Source: an uncultured Bacillota bacterium (GTDB taxonomy: Bacteria; Bacillota_I; Bacilli_A; RFN20; CAG-826). Taken from it: a stretch of DNA of 64,000 nt. The notes beneath the pieces are model-generated. The model worked only from the letters and a program-made list of their open reading frames with translations. It was not told the origin of the DNA and did no database searches. The stretch is from positions 14,350 through 78,349 of the forward strand of contig CASEFL010000002.1 of assembly GCA_949287245.1 (NCBI GenBank), read 5' to 3'. A program made the translations under genes and the position numbers. Below are positions 9,961 to 19,124 of this stretch, piece after piece; the first letter of the stretch is position 1; the number at the start of each line of letters is the position of its first letter.

Positions 9961-10862
9961 TGAGATACCTCACTATAAGCAACTGCAATTTCTGCAGCGA
10001 GAAGAGCGTTACTTTTTACAAGAGCAATATTTGTTTCTAAAGATTCTCCTTTTGTTAATTCAACAATTTTTCCAAGAAGGAAAGGAGTTATGGCCTTACC
10101 TTTTATTTCTTTTCTTTCTGCTTCTTTTAAAGCCTCTTGAATGATAGGGTTAATTTTTTCTATGGGCAGGGCAAGTTCTTTTGGGCAAGGATTGGATACT
10201 AAAATCCCTCCTTTTAAGGATAATTGACGCCTGGCATAAATAATATTGGCAATTTCTCTTGGATGACTTGCAACATAATCAACAGGAAGCCCAGAATCTT
10301 GGCTATAAAAATCCGCTAAATGAGGTTGTTGGTAAGAAAGAACAGTCACCCCTTCTGTTTCTAATACTTCTAATGTCTTAGGAAGATCAAGAATCGCTTT
10401 CACTCCAGAAGAAACAACTGTGATGTTATGCTCTCCAAGTTCTTTTAAATCGCGAGAAATATCAAAAGTCTCTGATGCCCCGCGATGCACGCCCCCAATG
10501 CCGCCTGTAGCAAAAACCTCAATTCCTGCCATTTCGGCAAGAATTATTGTTGCGCTTACCGTTGTTGCGCCCCACTTCTTTAAAGCCACAACAATAGGTA
10601 AATCTCGCCGAGAGACTTTCTCAACACCATCTTTTGTAGCTAACTGATAAATTTCTTCCTTACTAAGGCCAATAACAGGTTCACCTTCTACAATACCAAT
10701 TGTTGCTGGAATTGCCCCCTTCTCACGGATTTCTTTTTCTAAAAGAAGGGCTGTTTCATAGTTTTTAGGATAAGGCATTCCATGAGAAATAATCGTGCTT
10801 TCTAAGGCCACAACAGGCTTTTTGTTTTTTAAAGCATTTATGACTTCTTGATTAATTCTCAT
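9957..10862 (-). CDS. psuG: Pseudouridine-5'-phosphate glycosidase
   Basis: PVVALESTIISHGMPYP, ATTVSAT, FATGGIGGVHRG, ITPFLL; start set at ATG 10862, which overlaps the upstream stop (ATGA). Confidence 0.96.
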   Translation of the reverse strand: MRINQEVINALKNKKPVVALESTIISHGMPYPKNYETALLLEKEIREKGAIPATIGIVEGEPVIGLSKEEIYQLATKDGVEKVSRRDLPIVVALKKWGATTVSATIILAEMAGIEVFATGGIGGVHRGASETFDISRDLKELGEHNITVVSSGVKAILDLPKTLEVLETEGVTVLSYQQPHLADFYSQDSGLPVDYVASHPREIANIIYARRQLSLKGGILVSNPCPKELALPIEKINPIIQEALKEAERKEIKGKAITPFLLGKIVELTKGESLETNIALVKSNALLAAEIAVAYSEVSQ

Positions 10863-13315
10863 ATTTTCTCTTGCCCTTTCTTTTTCTTTTTTGCGCAAAG
10901 AAAGTTTACTAATAAATATACTAAACCAACACCAAAGGAAATAGATAAGAGCAAAATCAAATGTGACGTGTTCATTCCGGTTAATTGAATATCAAAGAAG
11001 TTTAAAGACAATCCAGCATCAATACCAAAAGCGATACCACCACACGCGAGTAAGCCAAAGAAAACAATTGCGCGATATAAATCAAAAGGCAAACAAACCT
11101 GGAATAAAATGAAATAAGCCATAATTGAAAAACCGATTACGGCACAATTTTTTGCAATATCTAACGGCAAAAATTCCGGATTAATAAAGGAAATAAGGTA
11201 CATCGTTAGAACAATAAGAATGGAACAAGACCCTGCGGGAATTGCCTTTTTCAAAATATTTTTCACAAAAGAGCCTTGTAACTTATCATTCGTGGGCTGT
11301 AAAGCTAAGAAAAATCCACCTGCACCAATAGAGCCAACCTCCCAAATAAACATGTTTTTTGTAGAGAAAGGATAATTTGGTCCTCCAGCCCAAGAAACAA
11401 TCAAAAAGATAAGAGAGAGCACCATAGCAAAAACGGTTTTGGACAAAAAGAGAGAGGCGGTTCGTTGAAGGTTGTTGATAACTCTACGACCTTCCGCAAC
11501 AACATCCGGTAAACGAGAAAAATCATTCTCTAGAGAAACAATATGCGAAGCATTTCTTGCCGCACTTGAACCAGACGCCATAGCAATGCTGCAATCTGCT
11601 TTCTTTAAAGCAATGATGTCATTTACCCCGTCTCCAGTCATAGCCACTTTATGACCTTGACTTTGAAGTGCTTCAACAAGCAAAGCTTTCTGTTCTGGTT
11701 TAACGCGACCAAAAACAGAATATCTTTCAGCTAATAAGGGAATGTCTTGATCACTAACATTAGCAAGAGATATATAAGAGTTTGCATTAGGTACACCACA
11801 CTCCTTAGCAATAGAAGCGACAGTGTCGGCATTATCTCCGGAAATAACTTTAATCGAGACGCCGTTTTGAACAAACCACTCAATATTTGCTTTCGCATCT
11901 TCTTTCACATGATCACTTAAAACAACCAACCCAACCATAGAAAGCTTTGTAGGAAATTCTCCGTTTTTAAAAACATAAGGAGAAAAATAAAGGCCTAAAA
12001 CACGGAAACCTTTTTTTGTTAAAGAATCCATTCTCATGGTTAGTTCTTCATTCTTTTTCCCTGTTACAATATCCGGTGCACCAAGAAGAAAAGAACCGAT
12101 TCCTGCAAAACTAGCAGCACTCCATTTTCTTTCAGAATCAAAAGGAATTGCGGCGTTTTTTGAATATTCAGGTCCTTTCCCTACATAATTAAGTAAAGCT
12201 AAAGCTGTGTTATTTTCATCGCCTGTGGCGCTTAATAATGAGCGTAAAAGACGTTTAATTTCATCCTCACTTTTGTCTGTTCCTAAATAAACATCTTTAA
12301 CCACTAAGGTACCGTCTGTTAAAGTCCCTGTTTTATCAAAGCAAAGAACATCAACACGCGCTAACATCTCAATGCAATATAACTCTTGCACATTCATTCT
12401 TTTTTGGGCCAAGTTAATAATCCCAATTGTTAAGGTTAATGAGGTTAAAAGATATAGACCGGCAGGAATCATTGCGGTTAATGATCCAGAAAAACGAATA
12501 GCAAATTCTTGATAAGAGGCAAAAGTAAGACCGTCTCCCCCATAAATGCTTTGAATAATCCAAGTAATAAAAGTCATTAAACCAATAAAAATGGCAATAA
12601 TTCCACACCAAAAGAAGAGCTTAAGATAGGTACCCTTAAGTTCACTATTTGGTCGTTTAAATTGCTTTGCGGCCGCATTTAATCCTTCTACGTAATTTGC
12701 TAACCCTACACGGTTGACCTTACAACGAACCTTCCCTGAACGAACATAAGAACCAGAGAATAATTGATCACCAACCTTTTTTAAAACACTGTCACTTTCC
12801 CCGGTAAGCAAAGATTCATCCATCTCGCACTTTCCGTTCATCACCAAACAATCAGAAGGTACTTGATCCCCGCTAGAAAGAAGAAGGACATCCGATAAAA
12901 CAAGTTCTTGAGGAAGAATTTTTTCTTCTTTTCCGTTCCGGATAACCGTTGTTTTAGGATCTGTTAATAAACGCAGTTTATCAACCAACCTTCTTGCATT
13001 AATATCCGCTAAAACTCCTAAAATAATGTTACATAAAATAGGAATAAGAAAGAAAAAATATGTGATGTTTACTTGCGCACAAATCATCATGATTGCAATT
13101 GCAAAAAACACTAAATTAAAGAAAGAAAAAAAATTATCACAAAATATTTGCCAATAAGTTTTTGTAACTTTTTTTGGGGTCTTATTCACCAAGCCATCTT
13201 TTATTCTTGATTCCACCTGATTCGAGTTTAACCCAAGAGCAAAATCAACCTCATAAGTTGGTGCAGAGGTAATTTTTTGAAGCATTTCTTCTTTTTTAAA
13301 CGACACTTTTTTCAT
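10859..13315 (-). CDS. P-type cation-transporting ATPase (CtpE-like)
   Basis: LTGES, DKTGTLT, SGDN, MTGDGVND. Confidence 0.93.
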   Translation of the reverse strand: MKKVSFKKEEMLQKITSAPTYEVDFALGLNSNQVESRIKDGLVNKTPKKVTKTYWQIFCDNFFSFFNLVFFAIAIMMICAQVNITYFFFLIPILCNIILGVLADINARRLVDKLRLLTDPKTTVIRNGKEEKILPQELVLSDVLLLSSGDQVPSDCLVMNGKCEMDESLLTGESDSVLKKVGDQLFSGSYVRSGKVRCKVNRVGLANYVEGLNAAAKQFKRPNSELKGTYLKLFFWCGIIAIFIGLMTFITWIIQSIYGGDGLTFASYQEFAIRFSGSLTAMIPAGLYLLTSLTLTIGIINLAQKRMNVQELYCIEMLARVDVLCFDKTGTLTDGTLVVKDVYLGTDKSEDEIKRLLRSLLSATGDENNTALALLNYVGKGPEYSKNAAIPFDSERKWSAASFAGIGSFLLGAPDIVTGKKNEELTMRMDSLTKKGFRVLGLYFSPYVFKNGEFPTKLSMVGLVVLSDHVKEDAKANIEWFVQNGVSIKVISGDNADTVASIAKECGVPNANSYISLANVSDQDIPLLAERYSVFGRVKPEQKALLVEALQSQGHKVAMTGDGVNDIIALKKADCSIAMASGSSAARNASHIVSLENDFSRLPDVVAEGRRVINNLQRTASLFLSKTVFAMVLSLIFLIVSWAGGPNYPFSTKNMFIWEVGSIGAGGFFLALQPTNDKLQGSFVKNILKKAIPAGSCSILIVLTMYLISFINPEFLPLDIAKNCAVIGFSIMAYFILFQVCLPFDLYRAIVFFGLLACGGIAFGIDAGLSLNFFDIQLTGMNTSHLILLLSISFGVGLVYLLVNFLCAKKKKKGQEKI

Positions 13316-13335
13316 GCAATCTAGATTTTAGCAGG

Positions 13336-16206
13336 TTAATCACTTCTTAGGGCGTTCACTGGGTCTTTTTTTGCAGCAATTCGGCTAGGAATTAAGCCTG
13401 ATGCCCAAGAAAGAATTGTGGATAAGACAACCATTGCCAAAGATACATACCATGTGAGCATGGCGATGTTTCCTAAACGCTCACCAACAAAGATTAAATT
13501 TAAAATGCGATTTGTAGGAACACACATTAAAGCCGAGATGGCAATTCCTAAAACTCCTGATATTGCGCCAACAACCAGGCATTCCACTTCAAACAGGCGC
13601 CCAACGTCTTTTTTCCTTGCTCCACACGCTCTTAAAACACCAATTTCTTTGGTCCTTTCTAAAACAGAAACATAGGTAATAATGGCCATCATAATCGCGC
13701 TTACCATTAACGATAAAGAAGCAAAAACCACTAAAACCATAGAAATTAAATCAACTAATGTAGTTATAGAGGAAGTAAAGTCACCCATTAAATCAGAATA
13801 TAAAATTTGTTCATTCCCTTCTTTGCCTTCGTTATAAGAATCTAGCCGCGAAAAAATCTCCGCTTTTGTTGTTAAGCTTGTTGGAAAAATCAAAATTGAA
13901 GTTACATTGGAATAGCTATCAACATAAGCCAAAAAATCAACAAATCGAATTCCGTTTGCCGTTGAAGAAAAGAAAGAAGGATTAAAAAATTTTGTTAGAT
14001 AGGTAACGATGGTAGTGAAAGTTAAATTTTCTTCTCTTTGTAGTTTTTCAATTTCACTAGCGACCTCTTGTTCTCGAAAATCTGCGCCAATCTGGCGTGC
14101 TTTTTCTAAAAACGGTGTGTGAGAATAACTGTAAGTATAGGTATTATTTTTAAGGTTATACGAATCAAAATATGCCCAACAAAAGGAGGTGGCAACATCT
14201 TTTAAGGAATTTTGTAAAGTTATCGCTAAAGAGATCTTAAGAGAATTCAAATCCGTTTCTTCCTCTGTTACTCCCCTTAATTCCTCGACTACTTGATTCA
14301 TCTTCTCGTTAAGAACTTCTAAACCATCACGCCCACCATTCTCTTCAGGAATAAACCAACTTGTTGTTGAAGACTCCTTAATTCCTTTTGCTCCTTCACT
14401 TAAAGAATCATTAACAAAGTAATCTGTTAGACTAGATAAGTAACCAATAGAACTAGGCATTAACGAAACAAAAGACTCTTCAGAAGGACGAATAACTCCA
14501 ACAATTTTTAGTTCAATTGCATCTTTATCATCTTTTTCGTATAGCGAGGCCAAATCTTGAGTAAGCGGATTTTCATATAAAGTGATTTCTTTTATCACTT
14601 TCCTTCCTTTAACAAATTCACCTGTCTGCATTCCTTCTATTAAGGAAACTTGAGTCACTTCATAAGCAGGGACATTAAGGGTTGTTTTTTCCTTATATAA
14701 AGTAGAATTTGGGAACGCTTTAAAAGTTTTTCCTTCAAAATTTGATGTAGAAATAATCTCTTCAAAGGATAAAGATTTTGGAGCGTCTTCTTTTGAAGAA
14801 TAAAAGCCTAAATCTACTAAAGTTTGAACATCAATGCGGTTGTATTCATCTGTAATCAAAACAACCTCGTTCATGGATTCTGGATATTTTCCATAAATAA
14901 GGTCATACATCCCTTCTAAACCTTCTTTTTCTCCGTAAAGTTCATGAAATACAGTGGAAGGAACTGCACTTAAAGCGCTGACAAGGCTTGCACCTAATGT
15001 AGCGTCCTTATATTGATCAATAACCTTATAAATACCAGAACCAGCTTCTACACCAAGTTCAGTAACGACATTAAAACTCAATCCCTCGCGGTTATATAAA
15101 ACCGAACGAGCAAGTCCGTCTTCTACAAGTGGATCAAGAACATTTTCCGCATACTCTCGATTGTTTAAATTGTTTGAATGACTAACGTAGGTGTATATAT
15201 TTCCGTTATAAATATACATCTTATCTGTATCAGGAAAAGGATCAGGAGTAATGTTATCTTCTCCAACTTGACTATATTGAGTTTTGCTAATCGCAATAGG
15301 CATGGTAGAAGCAATTGAACTTTCTACACGAGCAACATAGAAAGAAAAGCCTTCAGCAATCGCTAAAACAAAAGCAACACCAACAACACCAAAACAAGAA
15401 GCAATAATGGTTAAACAAGTTCTCGCCCTTTTATTTGCTAAAGATCCTAAACTACTTTGCAAGGAAGCAAAAAAGGACATAGATGTATGTTTTTGGATTT
15501 TTTGTGTAGGATTTGCAGGGATTTTACAATCTACCGGTGAGGTATCACTGATAATTTTTCCATCCTTCATCTCAATAATTCGATCTGCATAAGTTTTTGC
15601 TAGTTCGGCATTATGAGTAACCACGACTACAAGGTGGGTTTTGGCAATTTCTTTTAGTAAATCCATCACCTGAACGGAAGTTTTACTATCCAATGCCCCA
15701 GTAGGTTCGTCCGCTAAAATAACCGAAGGGTCATTCACGAGTGCGCGCGCAATCGCTACCCTTTGCATTTGTCCTCCTGAAAGTTCATTTGGTTGTTTAT
15801 AGGCTTCTTCTTCAAGACCAACAAGCTTTAAAGCGTTTAACGCTTTTTGTTTTTGTTCCTCTTTTTTTAAACCATGAAGCATTAAAGGAACTTCAACATT
15901 TCTAATTACTGAATAATGAGAAATTAAATTGTAGTTTTGGAAAACGAAGCCAATATGCGCATTTCTGTAAGTATCCCAATCCTTATCTTTGTATTGTTTT
16001 GTGCTTGCTCCGTTTACAAGTAAATCTCCTTCTTCATAATGATCAAGTCCGCCTATAACGTTTAAAAGAGTTGTTTTTCCACATCCAGAAGGACCTAAAA
16101 TCGCCACAAAACCAACATCAGAAAAAGTTAAGTTAATCACCCCTAAAGTAAAAGCAGGTTCACCTTCTAATCGGTAAATTTTCTTTGTTCCTTTTAGTTC
16201 AATCAT
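13336..16206 (-). CDS. MacB-like fused ABC ATPase/permease with large extracellular domain
   Basis: [23 protein letters not shown]; C-terminal FtsX-like [16 protein letters not shown]; start set at MIELK behind AAGGA. Confidence 0.9.
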   Translation of the reverse strand: MIELKGTKKIYRLEGEPAFTLGVINLTFSDVGFVAILGPSGCGKTTLLNVIGGLDHYEEGDLLVNGASTKQYKDKDWDTYRNAHIGFVFQNYNLISHYSVIRNVEVPLMLHGLKKEEQKQKALNALKLVGLEEEAYKQPNELSGGQMQRVAIARALVNDPSVILADEPTGALDSKTSVQVMDLLKEIAKTHLVVVVTHNAELAKTYADRIIEMKDGKIISDTSPVDCKIPANPTQKIQKHTSMSFFASLQSSLGSLANKRARTCLTIIASCFGVVGVAFVLAIAEGFSFYVARVESSIASTMPIAISKTQYSQVGEDNITPDPFPDTDKMYIYNGNIYTYVSHSNNLNNREYAENVLDPLVEDGLARSVLYNREGLSFNVVTELGVEAGSGIYKVIDQYKDATLGASLVSALSAVPSTVFHELYGEKEGLEGMYDLIYGKYPESMNEVVLITDEYNRIDVQTLVDLGFYSSKEDAPKSLSFEEIISTSNFEGKTFKAFPNSTLYKEKTTLNVPAYEVTQVSLIEGMQTGEFVKGRKVIKEITLYENPLTQDLASLYEKDDKDAIELKIVGVIRPSEESFVSLMPSSIGYLSSLTDYFVNDSLSEGAKGIKESSTTSWFIPEENGGRDGLEVLNEKMNQVVEELRGVTEEETDLNSLKISLAITLQNSLKDVATSFCWAYFDSYNLKNNTYTYSYSHTPFLEKARQIGADFREQEVASEIEKLQREENLTFTTIVTYLTKFFNPSFFSSTANGIRFVDFLAYVDSYSNVTSILIFPTSLTTKAEIFSRLDSYNEGKEGNEQILYSDLMGDFTSSITTLVDLISMVLVVFASLSLMVSAIMMAIITYVSVLERTKEIGVLRACGARKKDVGRLFEVECLVVGAISGVLGIAISALMCVPTNRILNLIFVGERLGNIAMLTWYVSLAMVVLSTILSWASGLIPSRIAAKKDPVNALRSD

Positions 16207-16248
16207 AGCGGTCCTTGTGTTTTGATATTTCATTATAAAGGAAAGCGC

Positions 16249-16701
16249 TTAAAGTTTTCTTTTCTTTTGAAAATATGAAGTAAGAAGGCGAGAACATTCC
16301 TCTTCTTTTATGCCAAAATTCACTAAAGGACGTTCATGAAGAGAAGGAATATCAAAAACACGATAGCGAGAGACAAGCGCTCCATCTTTAGGGTCTTTTG
16401 CGCCAAAAATTACTTGTTGAATTCGCGCTTGAAGTATTGCGCCTGCGCACATTAAACAAGGCTCAAGTGTGACATATAAAGTACAACCTTCTAAATGCCA
16501 TGTTCCAAGTTTTTTTGCTGCTTTTTCCATAGCAACAATCTCAGCGTGACGGCTTATGGATAGTTGTTTTTCTCGCTCATTATGCCCTTTTGCAATGATT
16601 GTCCCGTTTTTTAAAATAAGCGCTCCAACAGGAACTTCTCCCTCTTTTTTTGCTTCTTCCGCCTCTTTTAGAGCAAGAAGCATAATTTCTTCATCATTCA
16701 T
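16249..16701 (-). CDS. tadA: tRNA adenosine(34) deaminase TadA
   Basis: GEVPVGA, HAE, TLEPCLMCAGA; start trimmed to MNDEE because the ORF extension overlaps SRP RNA. Confidence 0.93.
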   Translation of the reverse strand: MNDEEIMLLALKEAEEAKKEGEVPVGALILKNGTIIAKGHNEREKQLSISRHAEIVAMEKAAKKLGTWHLEGCTLYVTLEPCLMCAGAILQARIQQVIFGAKDPKDGALVSRYRVFDIPSLHERPLVNFGIKEEECSRLLTSYFQKKRKL

Positions 16702-16740
16702 AAAATCACTATAGCAGGAAAATTTTAATACAAAATAAAA

Positions 16741-16820
16741 ACCACCGCACAAGGCGCCGGACCTTAAGGCTGCTTGGTTCCCCACCTGACCTGGTTCAAT
16801 CTTCTTCCTTTGCGATGGCC
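16741..16820 (-). ncRNA. ffs: Signal recognition particle RNA (small 4.5S type)
   Basis: Minus strand GAACCAGGTCAGGTGGGGAACCAAGCAGCC matches the SRP domain IV core (CAGG-stem-GGAA-stem-AGCAG); terminal helix GGCCATCGCA/TGCGGTGGT; TATAAT at 16826-16831; adjacent to tadA as in B. subtilis. Confidence 0.92.
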
Positions 16821-16836
16821 TTTTTATTATACCTTT

Positions 16837-18120
16837 TTATTTCTTAGGGAGAATTCTTTCTTTTCCTCTCATGAAAGGACGTAAAACTTCAGGAATGATA
16901 ACGGAACCGTCTTCTTGTTGACATTGTTCAAGTAAGGCTGGGAAGACACGAGAAGTAGCAAGGCCTGATCCATTAAGGGTGTGACAATAATGCGTTTTAC
17001 CATTTTCGTCCTTATATCGGATCATTCCACGTCTTGCTTGATAATCTCTAGCATTGGAAACAGAACTTACTTCTTTATAAATTCCCATTGACGGAATCCA
17101 CACTTCAATATCGTAAGTTCTTGCCATGGAGTGACTGCAATCTCCTGCAGCAAGTTTATCTAATCGATAGGTTAAACCTAGTCCTTGTAAAAGGCGTTCC
17201 GCTTTCTCTACCATTTCCGTAAAGGCGTTATCCGATTCATCCTCTTTTGTATATTGCACCATCTCAACTTTATTAAATTGATAACCACGAATCATTCCAC
17301 GCTCTTCTGTTCGGTAACTTCCTGCTTCTTTTCGATAACAAGGGGTGTATGAAAAATATTTTTTTGGTAAATCTTCTAAGGATAAAATTTCATTACGATG
17401 AAGGTTTACTAAGGCTGTTTCTGCAGTAGGAAGTAAGAATTTTTTTGGTTCAAGGCCTTCTAAATAAAACACTTCCTCTTTAAATTTTGGAAATTGCCCG
17501 GAAGTGTATCCAGAATCTACATTAAGAAGATGAGGAGGTAAAATAAAGTGATAACCATCTTTTAAATGCTCAGAAATGAAGTAATTTAAAAGTGCCCACT
17601 CAAGTTCTGCTCCTTCTCCTTTATAAATCCAAGTTCCCGAGCCAGAAATTTTCGCCGCTCTTTTATAGTCAATAATATCCAAAGATTCTGCTAATGTAAC
17701 ATGGTCTTTTGGCGTGAAAGAAAATTTTTCTTTGCTCCCCCATTCACGAATAGGTTGATTGTTTTCTTTTCCGCCTCCAATAAGGTCGTCATCTGGTAAA
17801 TTCGGCAAAACCTCAATATTTTTTTGGATTTTTGCTTCAATATCTTTTAATTCTTCTTCTTTATCTTTGTTTTGTGCTGCTAAATTTTTAACTTTCACAA
17901 AAATAGAAGATGGGTCTTTTCCTTCTTTTTTATAGGAAGGAACTAAGGCGCTTAAACGGTTTTGTTCTGCCTTATTACTTTCAACCTCTTTTCGCAATTC
18001 TCTTCTTTTTTGAAAAAGAGATAAAAGCAAAGAGGGATCAAAATCCCATAATTTTTTCGCTAAAGCTTCCTTTACATATTCTGGACGTTCTTCAATTAAT
18101 TTTGGATCAATCATAATCAT
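16837..18120 (-). CDS. serS: Serine--tRNA ligase
   Basis: LLPTAET, YRKEAGS..RG..R..QFNKVE, EVSSVSN, HTLNGSGLA. Confidence 0.98.
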   Translation of the reverse strand: MIMIDPKLIEERPEYVKEALAKKLWDFDPSLLLSLFQKRRELRKEVESNKAEQNRLSALVPSYKKEGKDPSSIFVKVKNLAAQNKDKEEELKDIEAKIQKNIEVLPNLPDDDLIGGGKENNQPIREWGSKEKFSFTPKDHVTLAESLDIIDYKRAAKISGSGTWIYKGEGAELEWALLNYFISEHLKDGYHFILPPHLLNVDSGYTSGQFPKFKEEVFYLEGLEPKKFLLPTAETALVNLHRNEILSLEDLPKKYFSYTPCYRKEAGSYRTEERGMIRGYQFNKVEMVQYTKEDESDNAFTEMVEKAERLLQGLGLTYRLDKLAAGDCSHSMARTYDIEVWIPSMGIYKEVSSVSNARDYQARRGMIRYKDENGKTHYCHTLNGSGLATSRVFPALLEQCQQEDGSVIIPEVLRPFMRGKERILPKK

Positions 18121-19124
18121 TATTTCTCCCCAAGTAAGGCGCGATAAAATTCTACATACTTTTTTCCAATTTGTTCTAAGGAATATGACATTCTTGCATT
18201 TTTTGTATAATTTTTAACGAGAAGACTTTTTTCTTTCCCTCCATTCTGCATCGCTTGAATGAGTTCTTTTTCTTCATAAAACACAAAACAGTTTTTGTCT
18301 TTTTTTAAGTAAAAACTTTGAGAATATTCTTTATAAATAAATATGGGTAAATTACACGCAAAAGCCTCAAGAGTGGTAATTGTATCTGGTTCGCGAAGAT
18401 AAAGGACAAGTGTTGCGCTATGAAGCAAACTACGATAAACATCATCAGGCAAACTAGACTCTAAAAACACATTCCCAATTCCTTTTTTTATCCATCTCCG
18501 ATAATGCCAAGTGGATTGGTGTTTCTTGCTAAAACCTAAGAAAATAAAACGGAAATCTCTCATTTTTAAGGCTAAACTGTTTAAAAATTCAAGTTTTTTT
18601 GTCTCTTTATAATCGCCAAAAACCACAATGATTTTTTCGTCTTTCCGAATATTAAAATATTGTTGATAAACACTTTCTTCTTGCTGATCTAGTAAAACAA
18701 AGCGTGCAGAATTCACTCCTGGAAGTAAAATCTCCACTTTTTTATGAGAAAGCCCTTCATCAAAAATAATTCCTTTTCCTTTTGCGTCGGGCACAAAAAT
18801 TAAGTCGCTATTTTTTAATAATCGAAGAGCTTTCGCTTTTAAGGGGCGATAACCATCTTCTTCCTCTTCTCCTAAAAAGGAAAGAGGTGTTTCAGCTTCG
18901 CAATAGAAAGCGCTTGTAACAACTTTCGCTCCAGAATCCTTTGCTTTTAAGGCAAAAAGTTCATCTTCAGGAGAAAGAAGGTGCACAATATCCGGAGAGG
19001 CCGTTAAAGAATCAACAAGACGAACGCCATTTAATTCTAAGGAACCTTTGATGTTTTTCCGATAACGAGAAGCAAGATAAGTACTACTTTTTTTGCTTTG
19101 GTTATAACGGACATATACCTTCAT
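18120..19124 (-). CDS. Glycosyltransferase family 4 (GT-B)
   Basis: PDIVHL, PGVNSARF, E-x7-E motif EPDTITTLEAFAC. Confidence 0.75.
   Translation of the reverse strand: MKVYVRYNQSKKSSTYLASRYRKNIKGSLELNGVRLVDSLTASPDIVHLLSPEDELFALKAKDSGAKVVTSAFYCEAETPLSFLGEEEEDGYRPLKAKALRLLKNSDLIFVPDAKGKGIIFDEGLSHKKVEILLPGVNSARFVLLDQQEESVYQQYFNIRKDEKIIVVFGDYKETKKLEFLNSLALKMRDFRFIFLGFSKKHQSTWHYRRWIKKGIGNVFLESSLPDDVYRSLLHSATLVLYLREPDTITTLEAFACNLPIFIYKEYSQSFYLKKDKNCFVFYEEKELIQAMQNGGKEKSLLVKNYTKNARMSYSLEQIGKKYVEFYRALLGEK

Noticed and set aside
16702-16785. N-terminal extension of the tadA ORF
   Set aside because: Overlaps SRP RNA; TadA homology begins at MNDEE (16701)
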